From Macrostomum hystrix (lineage: Eukaryota; Animalia; Platyhelminthes): 64,000 nucleotides of DNA. Below, one piece after another: positions 55,903-64,000 of this stretch. Location: assembly GCA_950097015.1 (NCBI GenBank), contig CATNEN010000012.1:806001-870000 (forward strand). The letters are read 5' to 3'. Position 1 is the first letter of the stretch; every line of letters starts with the position of its first letter. A model generated the notes under the pieces. The model was not told the DNA's origin and ran no database searches. It saw only the letters and a program-made list of their open reading frames with translations. Position numbers and translations under genes: made by a program.

Positions 55903-58900
55903 TCATCTGAAACTGGCCGAAACAGAGGCTGAGGCTGAGGCTGAGGCTGAGGCTGAGGCTGAGGCGGCTACCGCAGCTGCCGCGCCTGCGGCCTGTGGCG
56001 GCTGAATTAGTTCCACCCGCCGATTGGGCACCGCGGCAACGCACCTGTGCTGCATGTAAGAAGCATCGAACTGAAAACCGGAGCCCCCGCCACCGCGATG
56101 GGCCGAGTACTGCTCAGGCCGCCAGACTCCGACTGCACCATTGCCGGCGACGGCAACTGGCGGCTGACCCTGATCGAACGACTGCGGGATAATTTGAGGA
56201 TGAGGTAATGGGATCTAAGAAAAGGGAATAGGATTTAGTATGAAGGATTTAGAGGGAATTTGACTCTAAATCCTAGATCCTTTTTAAATCCTAGAATAAA
56301 AAAAGGGTTTCGAATGAGGGAATCCGATTTTGGACAAAGGAATAGGATTAAGGATGAGGGAATAATATTTAGAATTAGGGAAAACATTTTGGATAAGGGA
56401 ATAATATCTGGAATTAAGGAAAAAATTTTGGATGAGGGAACAGGATCTGGGATGAGGGAACAGCATCTGAAATGAGTGAACAGGATCTGGGATGAGGGAA
56501 CAGGATCTAGGATGATGGAACAGGATCTGGGATGAGGGAGCAGGATCTGGGATGAGGGAACTGTTTCCAGGATGAGGGAACATGATCTGGGATGAGGGAA
56601 CAGGATCTGGGATGAGGGAACAGGATCTGGGATGAGGGAACAGGATCTGGGATGAGGGAACAGGATCTGGGATGAGGGAACAGGACCTGGGATGAGGGAA
56701 CAGGATCTGGGATGAGGGAACAGAATCTGGGATGAGGGAACAGGATCTGGGATGAGGGAACAGGATCTGGGATGAGGGAACAGGACCTGAGATGAGGGAA
56801 CAGGATCTGAGATTAGGCAAAAGGATCTGAGATGAGGGAACAGGATCTGGGATGAGGGAACAGGATCTAGGATGAGGGAACAGGATCTGGGATGAGGGAA
56901 CAGGACCTGGGAGGAGGGAACAGGACCTGGGATGAGGGAACAGGATCTGGGATGAGGGAACAGGACCTGGGAGGAGGGAACAGGACCTGGGATGAGGGAA
57001 CAGGATCTGGGATGAGGGAACAGGATCTGGGATGAGGGAACAGGATCTAGGATGAGGGAACTGAATCCAGGATGAGGGAACAGGATCTGGGATGAGGGAA
57101 CAGGACCTGAGATGAGGGAACAGGATCTGAGATGAGGGAACAGGATCTGAGATGAGGGAACAGGAATCTGGGATGAGGGAACTGGATCCAGGATGAGGGA
57201 ACAGGATCTGGGATGAGGGAACAGGATCTGGGATGAGGGAACAGGATCTGGGATGAGGGAACAGGATCTGGGATGAGGGAACAGGATCTGGGATGAGGGA
57301 ACAGGATCTGGGATGAGGGAACAGAATCTGGGATGAGGGAACAGGATCTAGAATGAGGGAACTGGATCCAGGATGAGGGAACAGGACCTGGGAGGAGGGA
57401 ACAGGACCTGGGATGAGGGAACAGGATCTGGGATGAGGGAACTGGATCCAGGATGAGGGAACAGGATCTAGGATGATGGAACAGGATCTGGGATGAAGGA
57501 ACAGGATCTGGGAGGAGGGAACAGGATCTGGGATGAGGGAACTGGATCCAGGATGAGGGAACAGGATCTAGGATGATGGAACAGGATCTGGGATGAGGGA
57601 ACAGGATCTGGGATGAGGGAACAGGATCTGGGATGAGGGAACAGGATCTGGGATGAGGGAACAGGATCTGGGATGAGGGAACAGGACCTGAGATGAGGGA
57701 ACAGGATCTGAGATGAGGGAACAGGATCTGAGATGAGGGAACAGGATCTGGGATGAGGGAACAGGATCTAGGATGAGGGAACTGGATCCATGATGAGGGA
57801 ACAGGACCTGGGAGGAGGGAACAGGACCTGGGATGAGGGAACAGGATCTGGGATGAGGGAACTGGATCCAGGATGAGGGAACAGGATCTAGGATGATGGA
57901 ACAGGATCTGGGATGAGGGAACAGGATCTGGGAGGAGGGAACAGGATCTGGGATGAGGGAACTGGATCCAGGATGAGGGAACAGGATCTAGGATGATGGA
58001 ACAGGATCTGGGATGAGGGAACAGGATCTGGGATGAGGGAACAGGATCTGGGATGAGGGAACAGGATCTGGGATGAGGGAACAGGATCTGGGATGAGGGA
58101 ACAGGACCTGAGATGAGGGAACAGGATCTGAGATGAGGGAACAGGATCTGAGATGAGGGAACAGGATCTGGGATGAGGGAACAGGATCTAGGATGAGGGA
58201 ACTGGATCCAGGATGAGGGAACAGGACCTGGGAGGAGGGAACAGGACCTGGGATGAGGGAACAGGATCTGGGATGAGGGAACTGGATCCAGGATGAGGGA
58301 ACAGGATCTAGGATGATGGAACAGGATCTGGGATGAGGGAACAGGATCTGGGATGAGGGAACAGGATCTGGGATGAGGGAACTGGATCCAGGATGAGGGA
58401 ACAGGATCTAGGATGATGGAACAGGATCTGGGATGAGGGAACAGGATCTGGGATGAGGGAACAGGATCTGGGATGAGGGAACAGGATCTGGGATGAGGGA
58501 ACAGGATCTGGGATGAGGGAACAGGACCTGAGATGAGGGAACTGGATCCAGGATGAGGGAACAGGATCTGAGATGAGGGAACAGGATCTGGGATGAGGGA
58601 ACAGGATCTAGGATGAGGGAACTGGATCCAGGATGAGGGAACAGGACCTGGGAGGAGGGAACAGGACCTGGGATGAGGGAACAGGATCTGGGATGAGGGA
58701 ACTGGATCCAGGATGAGGGAACAGGATCTAGGATGATGGAACAGGATCTGGGATGAGGGAACAGGATCTGGGATGAGGGAACAGGATCTGGGATGAGGGA
58801 ACTGGATCCAGGATGAGGGAACAGGATCTAGGATGATGGAACAGGATCTGGGATGAGGGAACAGGATCTAGGATGATGGAACAGGATCTGGGATGAGGGA

Positions 58901-61900
58901 ACAGGATCTGGGATGAGGGAACAGGATCTGGGATGAGGGAACAGGATCTGGGATGAGGGAACAGGATCTGGGATGAGGGATAAGGGCTTATGCCGATGGG
59001 ATGCGTTTAAATATTCTAGAAAGAATAATAAATCAAAGCGATGCATCGGGGATTTGAGTTGCGACCAGTTGAAGAGGCAGGTTAAGAGATTAGCCCACAC
59101 GGGAAGCAGGACTTGGGAAAACTGTGGGGGAATTTCTACACGGATTTTGTGGGAAGAATTCAGTTGTCACAGAAGGTCCCAGAAATCGGACTAGCTCGGG
59201 ATTTTGACAAGCTAAGGCCGTATTGTTCCAGAGAAATGTGCTTCAACCCAGTTTTAAGACGCGACTAGCGCCATCCGCTTTCCGAAGAAAAGCTGTAGCC
59301 AACCTTCACACACGCCAGGCCACGGCTTGGAATTTGATTTCACTAGGAAGTAGGGACAGCACGCTTATTGATGGCTTTGGGATTGGGCCAGGCGCTTGCG
59401 TGAGTGTATCGGTTATTACCTTGAGGATTCAGGTAGTAGCTCAAGGGATTCAGGGGTAACTCAAGGGATTCAGGGGGTAGCTGAAGGGATTCAGGGGGTA
59501 GCTCAAGGGATTCAGGGTGTAGCTGAAGGGATTCAAGGTGTAGCTGAAGGGATTCAGAGGGTAGCTCAAGGGATTCAGGGGGTAGCTCAAGGGATTCAAG
59601 GTGTAGCTTAAGGGATTCAGGGAGTAGCTCAAGGTATTCAGGGAGTAGCTGAAGGGATTCAGGGAGTAGCTCAAGGTATTCAGGGAGTAGCTGAAGGGAT
59701 TCAGGGAGTAGCTCAAGGTATTCAGGGAGTAGCTGAAGGGATTCAGGGAGTAGCTCAAGGGATTCAGGGGGTAGCTCAAGGGATTCAAGGTGTAGCTGAA
59801 GGGATTCAGGGAGTAGCTCAAGGGATTCAGGGGGTAGCTCAAGGGATTCAGGGGGTAGCTCAAGGGATTCAGGGGGTAGCTCAAGGGATTCAAGGTGTAG
59901 CTGAAGGGATTCAGGGGGTAGCTCAAGGTATTCAGGGAGTAGCTGAAGGGATTCACGGAGTAGCTCAAGGGATTCAGGGGGTAGCTCAAGGTATTCAGGG
60001 AGTAGCTCAAGGGATTCAAGGTGTAGCTGAATGGATTCAGAGGGTAGCTCAAGGGATTCAGGGAGTAGCTCAAGGGATTCAGGGAGTAGCTCAAGGGATT
60101 CAGGGAGTAGCTCAAGGGATTCAGGGGGTAGCTCAAGGGATTCAAGGTGTAGCTGAATGGATTCAGAGGGTAGCTCAAGGGATTCAGGGAGTAGCTCAAG
60201 GGATTCACGGAGTAGCTCAAGGGATTCAGGGGGTAGCTCAAGGGATTCAAGGTGTAGCTGAAGGGATTCAGGGGGTAGCTCAAGGTATTCAGGGAGTAGC
60301 TGAAGGGATTCACGGAGTAGCTCAAGGGATTCAGGGGGTAGCTCAAGGTATTCAGGGAGTAGCTCAAGGGATTCAAGGTGTAGCTGAATGGATTCAGAGG
60401 GTAGCTCAAGGGATTCAGGGAGTAGCTCAAGGGATTCAGGGAGTAGCTCAAGGGATTCAGGGAGTAGCTCAAGGGATTCAGGGGGTAGCTCAAGGGATTC
60501 AAGGTGTAGCTGAATGGATTCAGAGGGTAGCTCAAGGGATTCAGGGAGTAGCTCAAGGGATTCAGGGAGTAGCTCAAGGGATGACATAATAATGAAATTT
60601 AATATATATCTAATTACACCTGCTTCGATTTGGCCAGATGTGCAGCCGACAGCACAGCCGCAGCTCTTGCGCGGCGCATCTAAAGGCTGCGTACGGCTGT
60701 TCAGTCCATGGACTGGGTGGACGCCACACCCACCCTCAATTACCCCAGCTAATGCTGGTACCCATTTAACCGCTGGATGAGCTGAAGCAATGCAGATTTA
60801 ATGCAGTTAAGTGTCTTTCTAAATGACACAAATTGTCCCAGTGGAGTCGGGAATCGAACCCCTGACCTTTCAGTCGCGAGTCTGACGCTCTAGCCGCGAG
60901 GCTACAACCTACAAAAACACTGCCCTGAACGAACCCCAATCACTTCGAAGTAGCCGGAGTCCTCTTGGACGTTCACTAAGTTCACGTCGCGTCGCTGCCG
61001 CTGCTGCTGAGGCTGCTGCTGCCGCTGCTGCTGAGGCTGCTGCTGCTGCTGCTGCTGTTGCCACCGCCGCCGCTGCTCCTGCCGCGGGTGCAGCTGGACC
61101 AGAACAGGCTCCAGCGGCTGCCCAGCATCCCTGTTGTCTTGCAGCTGCCGGCCGAGTGGGCTGTCGCCAGACGCAGCCTTGGCAGCCTTCCGGTCAGCGG
61201 CGGCAATGCGAGCTGCTTCAGCCTGAGCGGACCACGGCGGCTGCTGACGTTGGCGATGGCGGTGGCGGTGTCGCCGGCTGCCGCTGAGATCGTTCAGCTC
61301 CTCCTTGGCGGCGTCTTCGCCGCTAGAGGCCAAGCTACTGTTGGACTTGGAAATTGGAAACAACAATGAAACAGAAATTAATCAACACGATTGAATGGCT
61401 TGGCGGCCAACCAATGATTTGACTGGCGTCTCACCGAAGAGCAGCTGCGGTGTCGGAGGACCAGCAGAGCTGTTTGAATTACTAGGAATGCCAACAGCAC
61501 GACAATCGTCAGCGAGGTGCCGACTGCCCACCAAACTGTGCCGTGACCGCTGATGAACACTGCTGAAGGATTGGGGACTGACTGACTGACTGACTGACTG
61601 ACTGACTGGCACAAGCGATAAAATTCAACACGCAGACATCCTACTGGCAGTAGTGCAGCAGAATATTTTACCTTCTTTTCCCCGCCGCCTCTCCCGACAG
61701 AAAGTGGCGTCCTCGTCAGCGCCAGAGTCGCAGTCGGCCCGACCGTCGCAGACCAGGCGCAGCGGGATGCAGTTGGCGTGGTTGTCGCACCTGAACGGGC
61801 AAGGCCGCTGCCGTCCTGATTGACGGCATTCAGGTGATAATAACAAGTGTTACAATTCCCAGATTGCTTAGCTCATGTTTAACTCATAGTTAGCTTTGAT

Positions 61901-63753
61901 TTGCCTTATATTTAGCTCATGAGTCATGACTGTTCTTATGCATTGCAATGATTAGATTTTTGTTTAGCTCTTCATTAGCATCATGTTTAGCTCATGATTA
62001 GCATTATGTTTAGCTCATTGTTAGCATCATGTTTAGCTCATGATTAGCATTATGTTTAGCTCATTGTTAGCATCATGTTTAGCTCATGATTAGCATTATG
62101 TTTAGCTCATTGTTAGCATCATGTTTAGCTCATGATTAGCATTATGTTTAGCTCATTGTTAGCATCATGTTTAGCTCATTGTTAGCATCATGTTTATGTT
62201 TAGCTCATTGTTAGCATCATGTTTAGCTCATTGTTAGCATCATGTTTAGCTCATTGTTAGCATAATGTTTAGCTCATTATTAGCATAATGTTTAGCTCAT
62301 TGTTAGCATAATGTTTAGCTCATTGTTAGCATCATGTTTAGCTCATGCTAAGCCTCACCGGTGCTGCCGCGGCCAGCCGTGGGTCTGGCTGTGACGTCCT
62401 TGATCTCCGATCCGCTGATGGGTACCAGCAGCTGCAGATGGCCGCCAGCCGAAGCATCTGCCAGAGCTTCGTCGAAGTACGGCAGTCTCGAGCACAGGCC
62501 GCACGCGGCAGCTGGACCATCGGCACTGTCATCATCGCCGGGCACCAGCAGGATCGTCTGGTCGGCGGCCGCGGTGGCTCCGCAGAGCCGAGCGGCGACA
62601 GTCTTGGCCGACGGCAGGGGGCGTTGAAAGTGAACGCATGGTGACACGCGCTGGTGCATGTCCTTGCCGAGGACCATGGCGCCCCGCTGCTGCTGCTTCT
62701 GCCGACCCGGCTGAAAGGTTTTTATCAACACGAACCACTGAGACAATTGCATAGAAGCCCATCAAATTTTGAAGGCTAGAATTTTCCCACTTTTTTTAAA
62801 TAAATATTTCTGAAATCTGAATCTGCCCGAATTTAAATCAGTCCACTTTCAGAAATCCCGAATTTAAATCAGTCCACTTTCAGAAATCCCGAATTTAAAT
62901 CAGTCCACTTTGAGAAATCCCGAATTTAAATCAGTCCACTTTCAGAAATCCCGAATTTAAATCAGTCCACTTTCAGAAATCCCGAATTTAAATCAATCCA
63001 CTTTCAGAAATCCCGAATTTTTATCTGTCCGTTATCAGTAAATCCCGAATTTTTATCTGTCCGTTATCAGTAAATACCGAATTTTTTATCTGTCCGTTAT
63101 CAGTAAATACCGAATTTTTATCTGTCCGTTATCAGTAAATACCGAATTTTTATCTGTCCGTTATCAGTAAATACCGAATTTTTATCTGTCCGTTATCAGT
63201 AAATACCGAATTTTTATCTGTCCGTTATCGGTAAATCCCGACTTTTTTTTTCTGTCCGTTATCGGTAAATCCCGATTTTTTTTCTGTCCCTTATCGGTAT
63301 ATCCTGAATTTTGATCAGTCCGTTATCGGTAAATCCTGAATTCTAATCAATTCATTTTCGTAAATCCATGAATTCCTCATTCGAATTCAGAAAACAAAAC
63401 ATTTTGCAATTTGAATGAGCGTCGAATGCATCTAAACAAACTCACGTTTGGCCAACCGCTGCCAGTGCTGCCATTGTCCGACTTTCCGGGACCCAGGAAC
63501 AGCCGGTACATGACTGACGAGGACCTTCTATCGGGCCGAGGCAGAAGCTCGGACAGCGGCATGCGAACAAGGATGTGGCTCACAGCTTTCGAGCGGCTGC
63601 CGCACTGCGCCAGTAGATCCCGGCCGCGACTTCGCAGTCCCGAGAGCCGAATGTGCAAGTCGGCACCGACCCCAAACGTCGGCAACTGCAGGCGGCTGCT
63701 GTCCCAGTCCAGGCAGATGGTGCCCGGCTCGCACTGCAGCCCACAGGAGCCGT
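55903..63753 (-). CDS. LDL-receptor class A domain single-pass membrane protein (5'-partial)
   Basis: Phase-consistent exons on minus: 63753-63446, 62710-62359, 61815-61672 (LDLa CPFRCDNHANCIPLRLVCDGRADCDSGADEDATFC, 6 Cys and acidic cluster), 61559-61435 (TM WWAVGTSLTIVVLLAFLVIQTALLVL), 61345-60944 (R/Q-rich tail ending EDSGYFE), 56181-55903 (ends in an Ala-Ser repeat, TGA). Confidence 0.8.
56430..58980. repeat. 20-bp satellite (~127 copies) with a 420-bp higher-order repeat
   Basis: GGGATGAGGGAACAGGATCT; variant blocks recur at 57361, 57781, 58201, 58621. Confidence 0.97.
59430..60581. repeat. 21-bp minisatellite (~55 copies)
   Basis: GTAGCTCAAGGGATTCAGGGA and variants; a 357-bp (17-unit) internal duplication at 60004/60361. 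Confidence 0.97.
60600..60909 (-). mobile_element. tRNA-derived SINE
   Basis: Minus strand head ...TAGCCTCGCGGCTAGAGCGTCAGACTCGCGACTGAAAGGTCAGGGGTTCGATTCCCG with B-box GGTTCGATTCC, then body TTGTGTC...AAGACACTTAAC...AAATGGGTACC. The 3' end is approximate. Confidence 0.75.
61950..62346. repeat. 23-bp minisatellite
   Basis: TGTTTAGCTCAT(TG/GA)TTAGCAT(C/T)A; abuts the donor at 62358. Confidence 0.95.
62826..63340. repeat. Compound 31/32-bp minisatellite
   Basis: AAATCCCGAATTTAAATCAGTCCACTTTCAG, then AAAT(C/A)CCGAATTTTTATCTGTCCGTTATCAGT. Confidence 0.95.
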
Positions 63754-63794
63754 CTGTGGATAGGATTTCAATATTAGCATTGTGCCTCAATGAG

Positions 63795-64000
63795 CAGCAA
63801 TAAGCATCGTCTCACAATGAGCAGTCGTCAAGATACCATGTCACTCGGTGAGCAGCCGTCAAGATCCCGTATCCCACAATGAACAGCCGTCAAGATCCCA
63901 TGTACTTCTGAGAGCATCCGTCAAGATCCATGTCCCATATAATGAACAGCGTCAAGATCCATGTCCCATAATGAACAGCCGTCAAGATACCATGTCCCTA
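63795..64000. repeat. Degenerate ~30-bp repeat running off the right edge
   Basis: AATGAGCAGCCGTCAAGATCCCATGTCCCA-like units. Confidence 0.8.

Noticed and set aside
55350-58980. Large hairpin between the 55350-55730 repeat and the 56430-58980 array around the last LDLa exon
   Set aside because: Similarity is limited to short GGGA/ATCC words and different unit lengths; no extended complementarity seen.
58986-59430. AYADG motif suggesting a non-LTR reverse transcriptase fragment
   Set aside because: The catalytic YADD is not intact, a stop follows within ~25 codons, and no other RT motifs are recognisable.
59343-60587. 414-aa LELLPES heptad ORF, sense to the LDLa gene
   Set aside because: It is a 21-bp intronic array; the flanking exons join in phase without it and other frames are equally open.
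60841-60909. Functional tRNA gene
   Set aside because: No proper acceptor stem or 7-nt anticodon loop, and it continues into a SINE-like body.

Overview
Eukaryotic (animal) genomic DNA with spliceosomal introns. No prokaryotic features, rRNA or CRISPR. About 28 kb (roughly 44%, summed from my array coordinates) is tandem repeat, in more than 25 mostly unrelated mini/microsatellite arrays, many starting within tens of bases of a splice site or stop codon. These arrays explain almost all long ORFs in the track. The style (polyQ/polyA-rich GC-rich exons, intronic minisatellites, (GACT)n) suggests a flatworm such as Macrostomum; this is an inference, not provable here. Five genes were assembled by hand from splice signals and phase: (1) FoxP (minus, runs off the left edge); (2) a uridine-cytidine kinase homologue (plus), head-to-head with FoxP, with substituted active-site residues and a GC-AG intron bounded by a 9-bp direct repeat; (3) a Pro/Gln/Ala-rich protein with two divergent RRM-like domains; (4) a low-complexity protein with a C8orf89-like C-terminal motif (internal exons partly unresolved); (5) an LDLa single-pass membrane protein (minus, 5' end beyond the right edge). 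Also present: four inverted-repeat (MITE/foldback-like) elements, a decayed hAT-like DNA transposon splitting a minisatellite, and a tRNA-derived SINE. Homology calls come from recognised motifs and memory; no searches were run.
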